From Raillietiella orientalis (taxonomy: Eukaryota), in NCBI GenBank assembly GCA_036172245.1, contig JAYWIR010000189.1, forward strand, positions 1 through 35,410: a DNA stretch of 35,410 bases, read 5' to 3'. Numbering within the stretch: the stretch's first letter is position 1; each line of letters starts with the position of its first letter. The notes under the pieces were generated by a model. That model had not been told where the DNA came from and searched no databases. It was given only the letters and a program-made list of their open reading frames with translations. Both the position numbers and the translations under genes were made by a program. This document shows, one piece after another, positions 21,239 to 32,200 of the stretch.

Positions 21239-23935
21239 ACTCCAAATCCCCGGGGCAGGCGGTGCAAAGGGAAATCCTCGCAGAACTCGCGGACCGAGAC
21301 CTTCATGCGGTCCCAATCTTCGAGGTTGTGGAGGATGACGTCTCTCAGGAACTGACGGAGATGTTCCGCCGCACCGGAGATGCGCGTCCAGTCCCCTGGC
21401 ATACGCCACGCCCTGGATGGTGGTCCTTTGTCGCGTGGCATAATTTCGATTATCAACCGGAAGTGGTCCGATAGCGTCGATGGAAGTTTCCCTCGTCTGC
21501 CGACCCGTGGGCACAGGTCGGCGTCAAGGAAGACGTGGTCTACGCTTTGGGCCATTTCCGGTAGGTCCCCCAGCAAGCTGCGCGTACGCATAGCGGCGCA
21601 CAACTCGTTGGTTGCGTCTTTTTGCCTGCAAGGCACACCTGAGAGCAGGCGGATGTTGAAATCCCCACCGATCAGATGTGCCTTGCGTACGTTTGTATCC
21701 GCCAGCCAGTCGCGCTTCAGGGTTTCGAGGAACCGGGAACGTTCCCCGTACCCGCGTCCTCCGCTCGGAGCGTACACATTAGTCACGACAAGGTCGATCG
21801 AGTCGGACCACCTAAGGATAAGCTGGCCAACCCGACTGTCCTTGTCGAATCGTACGTCCTTCACGAAGGAAGCGACTGCTGGCTTCATAAAAAACGCGAC
21901 GTCACAGGTGTTGCGAGCGCCGCATTGCCAAAATAGACGACCCCCTGCGATCCTTTCGATCTCCTGGGCGTTCTCCGCGGTGATCACGTGGATCTCCTGC
22001 AGGAGTGCCAGGTCGGAGTCACGCAGGGTGTCGGCCGTGTCCCGCCTGTTGCCGTCATCGCGCAGCCCGTTGACGTTCCAGCAGGCTACGCGTATCCTAC
22101 GGCGACAGGCGAGTCCAGGTGTTAATCCTGGGAAATTGGCAATGGGGCTCCCGCCACCTTGTCGGGCGGGACGCTAGGAGGAGGGGGTGCGTCGCGCACC
22201 GCTTCTCCCTCCTCCATGGAGGACGATTCGTCGTCGGGGCCTTGCAGAGGAAGTAGGGGTTCACCCACCTGCACATCCTCCTCCATGGGGGTCGCTAGCT
22301 GCACGGTGTCGGGGAATGAGATATTCCCACCCTCGCCTCCCACGCTGCCGGCTTCCCCCTCGGGGGCCGATTCATCCGCCTCCTTATTGATCCGGATGCG
22401 CCTCCTGGGATTCTGAGACTTCCGTCCCGTCTTCTTTGGTGGCGCCTCCGCTGAAGAGGACGCACTTTCGACGTCCGGATCGGCCTCACCTGCCTCCGGA
22501 GCCTTCCTCGCGGCCGTCCTTCGCAAGGCTTTTCGCGAGTTCTTTTCACGGCCTTGCAGTTCAGCCGCGAGTTCTTCCACCGCCTGCTGGAAGGCGGCCT
22601 CCTCGATCGCGTCGAGCGCGGCGCGCGGTTCCCCCTCTGTTTCGCCAGAGGGTTCACCATCGACCGTCGCGGCTTCGGCGGACGCGAGGGGGGGGATTGC
22701 TCCCCCGGCGGCGGCATCGGGTGCCTCCACACGTTCTAATTTTACCGAACACGCGCGGAGCTTTTCGCGGCACGGTTTTTCGCGCTGCGTTTTTGTTTTC
22801 ACCGCGTTTCGTTCGGGACTCCCGGGTTTTCTTCGTGGCTGTACCGTCTGCCAGCCTTCGCCGTCACCAGCGTCGTCGGGAGTGTTCTCAACCGACGTTT
22901 GCTGTGAGGGCTTAGGGACTGGCATCTGGGTGTTTACAGCCTGTTTCTGTGTATGCGTCTCTCTCGTGCGTTTCCCCTTTGCCTTTTTGGCAGCGGATGA
23001 GGACGGGATTTCTCTTCTTGGGCACACCTTACGGATGTGGCCCTTATTTCCACATAAGTGGCATTGGATGTTAGGGCACCGCTTTTTTAGATGCCCTGTA
23101 GCATCGCAATGGCCACAATACTTGGGCTTACCCACGTACCAAACATCGACTTTTTCTTCGCCGATATTCAGTTTGTGGGGAAGCCCACCATTCTCTGGTA
23201 GGGTGACGCGGGCTGCGGCCATCCCACTGAATAGCCTTCCGTACGTTCGAAAGACATTGGGTTTGGCCCAATACGCGTGCACACTACTATGCTTCGACAA
23301 CTCCTCATGGACGCTGGTTTTGTCCATTCGGAGTGATACACCTGTGAGGTGGACCACGACGGAGCGGTCCTCCGTCACAGGGAAGATCCTGCGGCCGTCC
23401 ACCGTAATAGGGGTGTTCAGCAGTCGCTGCGCCAGACTTGCCTCTTTGCATGTCAGCTCAACTCGCTGGCCCCCACTAAGGACGGATAGGCCTAAAAGGT
23501 CTTCCTCCCTCACGTTCAACCTTTGCAGCTCCATTTCGAAGGAGCGTGCAATTTTTTCATCAAACACACTGCCTACCCTATAGATCAGAGACGGCTTGTA
23601 GCCGCTGTCCTTGTAGGCAGTCTGCTCCGCTACTGCATCCGGGGATGGTGCAGCAACGACGTCACTCCAACTCCTCGCCAATGGCGAAGAGGGTCGCGAA
23701 GGGGCGGTTGCCCCCGATTCCGATGGGGCAAGTGCCCCGGATTCCGTGGGGGCGGATGCCCCCACTTTGATTGGTGGAGGAGAGCGTGTCGTTTCTCCTT
23801 CTCCAACTTCCATCGCAGTGTCCTCAGGCATTTCTGCCATGGGACACCGGTGCTCCCACACACCAGACAACCAACGAAAAGCTTCCCACTAACCAGTCCG
23901 TGGAGCGATGCCAAACCACGTCCGCTCCCTAGAAC
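21239..23935 (-). mobile_element. LINE D2: 5' half of a D-family element (5' UTR, ORF1, APE domain), cut off before the RT
   Basis: ORF1 22122-23870 followed by the APE frame RIRVACWNVNGL...LLQEIH...NVYAP...GGDFN...SDH, homologous to D1 and ending near 21240. Confidence 0.9.
22122..23870 (-). CDS. LINE ORF1 (gag-like nucleic-acid-binding protein); likely ATG start at 23840
   Basis: Open 582-codon frame with SWSDVV N-terminal motif, an RRM-like region, two CCHC knuckles (CGHCDATGHLKKRC, CHLCGNKGHIRKVC) and a low-complexity acidic tail. Confidence 0.9.
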   Translation of the reverse strand: MSGVWEHRCPMAEMPEDTAMEVGEGETTRSPPPIKVGASAPTESGALAPSESGATAPSRPSSPLARSWSDVVAAPSPDAVAEQTAYKDSGYKPSLIYRVGSVFDEKIARSFEMELQRLNVREEDLLGLSVLSGGQRVELTCKEASLAQRLLNTPITVDGRRIFPVTEDRSVVVHLTGVSLRMDKTSVHEELSKHSSVHAYWAKPNVFRTYGRLFSGMAAARVTLPENGGLPHKLNIGEEKVDVWYVGKPKYCGHCDATGHLKKRCPNIQCHLCGNKGHIRKVCPRREIPSSSAAKKAKGKRTRETHTQKQAVNTQMPVPKPSQQTSVENTPDDAGDGEGWQTVQPRRKPGSPERNAVKTKTQREKPCREKLRACSVKLERVEAPDAAAGGAIPPLASAEAATVDGEPSGETEGEPRAALDAIEEAAFQQAVEELAAELQGREKNSRKALRRTAARKAPEAGEADPDVESASSSAEAPPKKTGRKSQNPRRRIRINKEADESAPEGEAGSVGGEGGNISFPDTVQLATPMEEDVQVGEPLLPLQGPDDESSSMEEGEAVRDAPPPPSVPPDKVAGAPLPISQD

Positions 23936-24540
23936 GACCCGGGGAAGTGTGAACGCAAACTGTGCCCGGTGCGGGGAGCGGGAAATCCTCCCGCACCTTT
24001 TAGTTGAGTGTGCTGCCCTCCGGCCCCTGTGGGAACGTTTCGGTTCCACCTTAGGGATCCTGGAAGGTAGTCTTCCCAGAGACGTATTTCGGCTCCTCTT
24101 CGTGCGGGACGCCCTGCAGCCAGCCGCTGTTATAGCAGCTCTCTGCTGCGTACGCGGTATTGTGGCAGCTTGGAGTGGATCCGACGAAGCAGAGGATGTT
24201 AACAGAAGGAATGCCATAGAGTATGCAGCTCGCTTTCTGCGAATAGCATCCCGATGGCCCCACCTGGGAAATCTGCAGAAGGACCTCGTCGGCATCCTGC
24301 AAAGGATGGAAGCTCCACAAAACGGACAGTGATCCCTTCCCGGCCCTCCCAATGACCAGTGTTTCTACTTTTTATTTTTTTATTTTTGTTTTTTCCCTAA
24401 CCCCATCCGTTGACGTGGAGTGTTATGTCGGTCTGTGCACTGACCACCAGACAGCTCCATAGAACTATTGGCCGCAGCGGGACCTTGTACCGCAAATACT
24501 GTTAGTTTTTAAATAAACGCCCCGGCTTGACCGGGTGAAA
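23936..24540 (+). mobile_element. LINE D3: 3'-terminal fragment (zinc finger, ORF2 stop at 24332, 3' UTR)
   Basis: TRGSVNANCARCGEREILPHLLVECAALRPLWERFG aligns with D1. Ends AATAAACGCCCCGGCTTGACCGGGTGAAA. Confidence 0.9.
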
Positions 24541-27089
24541 ACGTCCAAGAGGCCGCAAAGAATGCAAGCGCTTCCGGTAAAAGTGCAATCTCCGGTTGTG
24601 CTCTTATCCGACGCGCGACAGAGCGGCAGCTGACAGGCGAGGATCTCTGACCTGCTGAAAGCGACTTCCCAACGAAATCCGCGCGGACGAGTGCGCAGCG
24701 CTCGTGATTGGCTGCCGTTTCAGAAGGGTCGCCGAGCGACGAAGCAGCAGCAGCGTTCCCACCCCTCAGCATCTCTCTTTCGGGAGGAGGAGGTTCGATG
24801 CGGCAGGCGCGTGTCGGCACCGTCTTGAGCCAACGCCGCTCGCCAAGACAACATTTCCTTCGGCAGAGCGGGCGCGGAGGCCGCCGGTTTCTCCGAGACC
24901 GCCGCCCGTGCGCATCAGTCGTTTCCCGAGATGGGAAACAGGAAGCTGTTGCACCGCGGGACAAGTGACCACGTGTTTCACCAGGTGGCGCTATCCGCAT
25001 TCGTGCTAGCAAGTCCACACTTCGGGTCACGAGCAGGAGGAAACCCGAAGAGCTGGTACGAACGACGCACCTCCATCGATGCGAACGAGCGCTGCAAGAT
25101 CGCGGTTGATGGCCGTCTTCCAACTTCCGCATCCCCAAGGCATCTCCATCGACCATCCGATTTGATGAACTCGAGCGCTCGGGCGTGTGCGCAATTCCGT
25201 ATATGAGAAAAGGAGGATGGCGTGTTGCTATGGTTCCAGGAAAGCAACCTGTCTCCTCGTGTACGGCAAACACGCCGAAGACATTTCGCCGTTTCCGCCT
25301 TTTTCCGTTCGGAGCCTTTCCGATGGCCCGCCAGGTTTTGCGCGGCGACGGGTGAAAGAAGAAACGAAACAGCGCTTCCCGTGTTGCACGCGGAGATGAC
25401 CATCTTGCAGCGGGGGGGGGGGGATGGCCGAAGCATTCCGATCCGCACGAAAGTGACAAGTTGGACGGATTGCAGGCGGTACAAGACCGAGGATCGAAGG
25501 TGCAGCGGTTCGTCGGACGGTGCGCGGAGAGAACTTGGTCCGTCGCGAACCTTGGTCTTGGTTCGCTGATGGCAGCAGGGGAAAAAGCTTTCCTGCGCCA
25601 TGGCGAGACGGCTTCGAAACCCATCTTTCACGTCGAGTGCCTCGTTCAAGGTTCTCCAGAAAACTTTGCACCGTTCGAGTGCAAACCCCGGAAGGTGAGC
25701 ACCCCACGAGCGAGTTGACTGCTCTTCGGCCAACACACTTGGTTGACGACGTGTCGCTGCTTTTCAGCAACTCGTAAGCGTTTCCATGCAAATCTCGCAA
25801 TCTGGGACGCTTAGTGGACTCGCTCGGGCAACCGCTTTGAGGCCACTTTGAAAGAAGATGGGTGGACACTCCAGCTTACGATGCCATGTTTGATTGATTC
25901 ATTTCACATTCATGAAACATGCGTTACTATCGCTATTTTCGGGTATACATGTTGAGATGAGATGAGAAAAAACAAGGAAACGGGAATACGTGGATGCGTT
26001 CCTGCACGAAAGAACGAGCTGTGCTCCAAACGAGTGTGGAAATAGCCGCAGGCCGAACACGTGGCTGTTCATGCGCGACCAATGAAAGTCCCGACAACGG
26101 GTGTCGTCACTTCCCGAGGAACTTCCGCTCACCGCGTGTCGCAAACGATGGCAACGCACGCTTCCCGCCTCTTTTCTCGTGGTCGTTTGTTCGCTTTTCC
26201 ATTTCAACGTCTCCCACGCTGTTTGGTGGTCACCATTTTTCGGAATCCCACAGTATGAATCCCCGTGCACGTTTACGCACGTTGCAAGCACAGCAAGCGT
26301 GCACGCTTCCCTTTTCGGCTAATCTTCGCCGTGTCTATCAATGCAAACTAATCATTATGTAATCGTGTGTTCATTCCTAAATGAATGTGCACATTAGCTT
26401 TTTTGATAGCCGCGTGTGTCAATTTTTTTAGCATCTTGGCGATGTGTAGCTTTTACCCGTACCTTTAATCTTTCACAATGCATATGAATGTACGTAATAG
26501 GCATGTGTATTTACAGTTCATCGTAATTGATGTGCTTCGATCCGTTGATTTCTTTATGAACTCGTGCATTCATGTTGGTAATGAGCCTGTGTATTTCTTT
26601 TGGAGAACCTTCGGGATTTTCAGGCACACCGGATCCCGAGTGCGAAGAACACGCCGAAGGGCGCAAACCAGGAAGGAGGCGGATTTTCGAGAGGCTGGTG
26701 GTTCGTGTTCGATTTTTTGTCCGTTGGGTCTTGCAGAGGAGGGCGGTCCTTTCCGCCTAGGAGGATTGAGCGGATTAGACGTAGAGTGAGAATCCCTTCT
26801 CCACAAGAAAATGGAGGCCTCTCGAATGCCTGGAAAGAGACATCTCTTTCCGATTTGTCATACGACTGCCGCGTGAAAGTCGTCGGTGTCGGCCAGTTTA
26901 AGGGGAACTGTTCTGAGAACTCACGGTTTAACCTCCGGCACCATGGTGAGGATGGGTTCGTCTTCGTCGTCTAAAACGTACACCGACGGTTTGACTAGGT
27001 TTCAAACAATACAATAGCTGAATTCACAATCTCGTGATAAAAATGGCAAACATAATTGAGAATGATCTTCCAGTATGCGATCATGTAAT

Positions 27090-27607
27090 GAACACGCACA
27101 CAGCATTCACGTAAAGCAAACGGGCTTGCGAAACAGCACAAAGAGTCAAAGGCCATAGCATTCAAGTGGGGTGAGCCGCCGGAATGCATACGGCCGTCTC
27201 GGGAGACGCGCAACGTCTGCCTGCGACGACTGGGTCGCGCGTGCGGCGCAGACAGGCGCACTCTCTGCGCGTGCGCGCGCACCGTTCGTTGCGACATGTG
27301 CCCCATCGCAAGAGGCTGGGGCGCTGGATGCAGCGACGAGTAGTGCGCAGATGGAAAAACAGAGGGAGAGAGAGGGGTGACGAGGCAAAGTGCTAAGCAA
27401 AAGGGAAAACGAAAACGGAAGATGAAATCCTGGAGGAAAAGCGGAAAAGCAGATACTGCAAAGGAGGAAGGGAATTAGGAAGCGTAGGAGACTGAGGCAA
27501 AGCAAGGAGAAGGTCAAGAGCAAGGGAAGCGAAAGTCTTGTAAAGAGGCAATACGGGGCAGGTGGATATGCGGAACGGGGAGGGGAAATGGGTGCAATAG
27601 AAGTTTC
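27090..27607 (+). promoter_or_regulatory. U1 upstream flank (expected promoter)
   Basis: Diverged duplicate of 13787-14311; conserved block at 27547-27570. Confidence 0.5.
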
Positions 27608-27773
27608 ATACTTACCTGGCTTCGAGGTCTTAATTGTGTTCACGATGGCAATTCCTCCGGAGCGAGGCCTGGCCATTGCACGCCGGCGGGGCTGACCTCC
27701 GCGATAACTCCAAATGCGGGTTACTCGGAAGCATAATTTTTAGGTTGGGAGGCTGCGTTCGCGCAGACTCCTG
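27608..27773 (+). ncRNA. U1: U1 spliceosomal snRNA, full length (166 nt)
   Basis: ATACTTACCTGG at 27608, CATTGCAC loop, Sm site AATTTTTAG at 27735-27743, SL4 with TTCG loop and one stem mismatch (AGACTCC). Confidence 0.97.
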
Positions 27774-29178
27774 CAAAAGCCAATGCAAAGACAGGAGAAG
27801 CGGTTGCTGCCGATCGCGTGCGGAGCGAAGCTTTCGGCTGTGCTTTCCGCCGTGAACTCTGGAGGAGAACACAGCGCTCTCTCTTCGGACAGCTGACGCG
27901 CGCCCCGGCCGGTGCGACCCAGCAAGGACACCACCCCTGGGTGGAGGACTCGGAATCCGCTCCACCTCAAGGATGGGGAAGTCCCCCTCGTGAACGTTGC
28001 CGAGGCCCGCGTCTCCGATGGCCGGCGGCCGGTGGCACCACCGTTCAAGCGGCCTGGCGCGCGCAAGCGTCGCGGCGGCGTCGCCACGACAAGCGACATC
28101 GCCAGCTAAGAGGGACGCGACGCCATCTTGCTGGAACGCCCCAGCCGGCCGTGGCAGCGGGCAAAGTGGCCCCCGACTGCACGAACGTTTTATAGAAGTA
28201 ATAAGGAAAGGGAGAAGGAGAATACTCCCGAGGGAACAGGAAGTTCCTGAAGAGAAGGAGGAAGTAAAGGAAGTAGTAGAAGAAGGCAAGATGGTGGACA
28301 AAGAAGAGCATAGAAATAGAAAGTGTCACGATAACAGAGGAAACCCTACAGGTTACCGAAGATCTGGGAAAATTAGCGGAAGAGGTTCAACAAGGAAATA
28401 TTGAAGAAAAGAAAGAGCAGGAACGGTTACTGCGACGATTTTGCGAACTGCAAGACGACATCAACAGAACGGTAGAGACAACCCACCGTGAGAAGCCGGA
28501 AAACAAGCTTCTCAAAGTAAAAGCAGAATACTGCGCGAAAGTGAGAAACTTCCGGACAGTGCCAATGAAAAGCCGGAACAGGGCACAGAAACCACCGACC
28601 TCAGAGGCACAGAAGGCGATATCCTCAAGAGGATTGAAGACGACGCCCAGGCAACGAAGTCAACCAATGTTCCCTAGGAAAAACAGGAGGATTTTCTAAA
28701 GGAGTGAACGCCCCCTTGTGAGGGGTCCCTCCGAGTCGTCGCCGCCCTACAGAGTGTGCACGCAAGGAAGCAAGCAAAAGCGATCCCCTGCGGAAAGCTG
28801 CAGCGCTCCTTTCAAGTTTCGGAAGTGTCCGTTCGAGGTTCTCTTCAAAGTAGTAAACAGAAGTGGTTCCCTTGCGGACACCCTCCAGAGAAGTGGAACC
28901 TCTCCGGGTTCCATTCAGAGAAGTTGAAATGGAGAGAGGACCACCCCCACCCCCCGTAAGGGGGACGTCCCGCCGGAGAGGATGAAGGAGGAGATTTTCC
29001 TTCGAGGACAACTAGCGTGGAATTGCGGTCCCCCCCCGCCCGTCCGGGGGGGATCCCTCCCCCAAGCGTGAGAGGAACGGACTCTGAGCCCTTCCTGGAC
29101 TTTATTTTATAAATGTACGAGCCATTGTAGCGAAAAAGATAAATAAATTCACCCCACCCCTTGTGGGACTAGGGGAAA
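27774..29178 (+). mobile_element. Unit A: 1405-bp non-autonomous LINE derivative; the first tens of bp may be native U1 3' flank
   Basis: Encodes ITEETLQVTEDLGKLAEEV...ENKLLKVKAEYCA (B ORF1: VSQEALQTTEEVKKLAEEV...EDKLLDVKANFCA) and ILKRIEDDAQ (B ORF2 end: ILKRIEDDAR). Hairpin motif at 29148-29169. Confidence 0.85.
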
Positions 29179-29220
29179 GTGTCAATTGTGATCAACACGG
29201 CTCACGACGGTTAATTAATT

Positions 29221-32200
29221 GTGATTATTTGTGATCGTGTGTGCCCTGAGAGGGCAAGTGCCAAAAAGACAGTAAGTGTGGAAGAGAGAGTGCTGCCGAG
29301 GATCATCCCTTACAACTGCAGCAGCAGCGCCGAGGAGACCACGGCGGAAGACCTGCAAACTTCCTCAGCGGCAGTACCAGCCGCCAGGATGCAGGCAACA
29401 GGAGGAGGAGCGAGGAGGCCGACGTCCCCCATAGAAGTAATCGAGGTACACTACGGCAGTGGTGAGGCGGCGGCGAGGCCGAGGATCGCGCGCGCGGCGG
29501 CAACGGTCGTGCCGGCGGCGGCGGTTAAGGTCGCGCCCGAGGCGGTGTCCCAGGCGGGACCCGCGGGCGTCCACGTGGCGAACATCGCGATGCCATCTTG
29601 CTCGGCTGCGGTGCTGCGGCCTTTTTCGTATGCGGCGGTGGCGGCGGGCCAGGCAAGTGCCCAGCCGCTGAGAAAATTTGACAGACCCGAGAGGGGAAAG
29701 ATCACCCGGGTCAAGGAGCCGATTGAGCGGCTCAGTCCAGCATCCAAACCGATAATGTTTAAGACCGGACTGATCCGATTTAACAACGTCAAGGAGGTCT
29801 ATTTAGCACTTTATAAGACCTATGTGGACTTTGATTACCTCCAGGCGATCATTCCTAGTACGACGGGGTTCACTATCTACACAGATAGTGAACCACTGAG
29901 GGAGGCCCTAATCGAGGAGGGCACAAACATCCAAGGGCGGATGGTTTGTGGGATCGGCGAAATGCCGTACACGACCGTCTTCCTGAAAGGCGTAAACGCT
30001 AATACTGAGCAGGACGCTGTTTGGGACTTCTTGTCCAAGTATGGGGAGGTTCTGGACGTAGAGTTCCAGAACATCTCCGGAAAAATCTTCTCTGGCGAGG
30101 TGATCACCAAGGTGAAGCTGCAAGAGGAGACACAGATCCCTGGGATTGTGCGTATTGATGAAGACTCCCAGGAGGTCTCTGTCTCTTATAGACAGCAACC
30201 TGTGTTCTGCACAGGTTGCAAACTTTTTGGCCATCGTCGGGGTGCCTGCCCCAGGGTTCGCTGCTTCCGCTGTGGGAAGCAGGGGCACCTGGTAAGCAGT
30301 TGCGACATGCCCGAGGTCTGCTCGTTTTGCAAGCAGCCAGGGCATGCGAGCTGGAGCTGCCCGGAGTTCGCAAACTACCGGACGATGCGTGGCCAGTCCC
30401 CCGTAAGGGAGAAGGTCTTGGCGGAGGTTGTGAAACCTCAAAAACAGTTGAAGCAGAGGGAGGCGAGGGAGACCGCTCCGGTTTCGGCGGACGGCTTTGT
30501 GGAGGCTGGTAAGAAGGGGAAGAGGAAGATGCTCATCAAGGATCAGGAAACTCCTCTAACCCAGGAAGTATTGGCAGTGGAAGGCGAAAATATGGAAGTA
30601 GCGGAAGAAAGCGAGAGGGCGGAAAAGGTGGAATCCATTCCGGTGTCGCAGGAGGCCCTGCAGACTACCGAAGAGGTCAAAAAATTGGCGGAGGAGGTTA
30701 TGGAAGTGCAGAGCGAACCTCAGCAGGAGCAACTCCTGCAGAAGATCTGCAATGCGCAACAAACAGTCAACCAGGTGGTGGAGGTTGCCGAGCGCGAGAA
30801 ACTGGAAGACAAACTTCTCGACGTAAAGGCAAACTTCTGCGCGCCAAGGTGGCGTTGGAAGCCCTCCCACGCAAGATCGTCGCACGAGCCGAGCACTCCA
30901 CCGAGGAGACCGACATCACCGATCTCACCGGGACGGAGAGCGACGCTGGCAGCGAGAAACCCGCTCCCGCTTCTTCGTCTGGAAGAGCACCACGCTCTCC
31001 CAGATAGAAGAAACACAGGAATGCCAAGAGGTAGGCCTTCCCCTTTTATGGCCTCAACCCTATCGACCGCCAGGAGGATTAACATCGCCTCCTGGAATGT
31101 AAATGGTCTGATCAACCAGGTTAAAAGAAGAAGGATTGTGCGGATCATCGCACAACAAGACATCGTGTGCCTGCAGGAGACCCACACGTTAGGTCTCCAG
31201 ATCATCCAGCAAATGGAACGACGCTTCGATGGGCAGATGTTCGTCAGCGAAGGACAGCGGAACACGGAAGGTGTGGTGGTCTTGGTCAAGAACCAACTGG
31301 CCCCTACCATTCTGGAAGTCTTCTGTCCCTTGCCGGGACGTATCATTGGCGTACGACTGGCCTGGTCCGCTAACGTTCACCTTTTCTTGGTAAACGTGTA
31401 CGGGCCACACAGGTACAAACATCGATTTGCGGAGGCGCTGCATGCGGCACTGCGGGAAAAGGTGGCGCCCAAGGACGTCGTGATCGTTGCTGGCGATCTC
31501 AACATCCGGGACGAAATAATATATTCCCAGGACGCCAGAGGAAGGACGGCGTATCGGCGGCTTTCCGGCGAGTTCGGATTGCTGTGGCGAACGGCAAGCC
31601 ACAGGCCAATAGACCACGTCCTTCACAGTACTGAATCAGGGAACCGCATTGAAGGTTTTCGTGACATCCCCAACGCGTTGTCCGATCACTCGTTGGTGCG
31701 ATTTTCCTTAAGGACGGAAAATCCTCGGCGAAGGCAAGGCACCAGGGCGGCGCTCATCAGCATGCCCACCTGGTTCGAGAATCCTCCCTGTCATCAGGAA
31801 GTTCTGGAGACGATTCTGAAGACCACCACGATCCGAAGAGTCGCCGACTGGGACAGCCTGAAGCACAGGATCCATCTCTTTGCAAATATGCAATTCGGAG
31901 ATAGAAGGAGATGGAGGCAGGAGGCGTACCGGAAGCTGAACATCCAAGATCGCTCCCTCTCAAAGTACTTTGATCAGTACGAGAGTCGGTACGTCTTCCA
32001 TAGCATAAAAGGGGAAGTCGGCGTACTGGAGAAGAAGAATCTGGCCACAGATATCTTTCGGATTCATAGCCGACACACGTCGGAGGACATCGTGGATGCC
32101 TTCGAAAGGCATTACACGAAACACTTTCGGCGCGATCATCTGTGTCAGGCGATACAGAATACCTTCCTGAGCCATCTGAAAAGGAAGATTGGCGAGCTCC

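Noticed and set aside
21016..21240. C-terminal extension of ORF 21016-21987
   Set aside because: It is read-through from the truncated D2 APE into the antisense of the D1 3' UTR.
22115..22150. Programmed -1 frameshift between D2 ORF1 and ORF2
   Set aside because: ORF2 overlaps in the -1 frame without an ATG, but no correctly phased slippery heptamer is present. A mutated start (ATT GCC) is simpler.
24509..25869. Long GC-rich ORFs (371, 252 and 213 aa) and those at 15968-17314
   Set aside because: They overlap in several frames, are rich in Arg/Ser/Pro, show no recognisable domain, and some cross element boundaries.
28625..29011. Repeated small ORFs in unit A and antisense ORFs over the LINEs (for example the 128-aa MSSKENLL frame)
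   Set aside because: They recur only because the DNA is duplicated. They have non-ATG starts, no motifs, and lie opposite or across recognised LINE or U1 sequence.
28677..29147. Self-cleaving ribozyme (HDV-like or hammerhead) in the A 3' UTR or element 5' ends
   Set aside because: Short hairpins exist (GGAACC/GGTTCC), but I could not find a CTGANGA/GAAA core or an HDV pseudoknot by eye. A covariance-model search would be needed.
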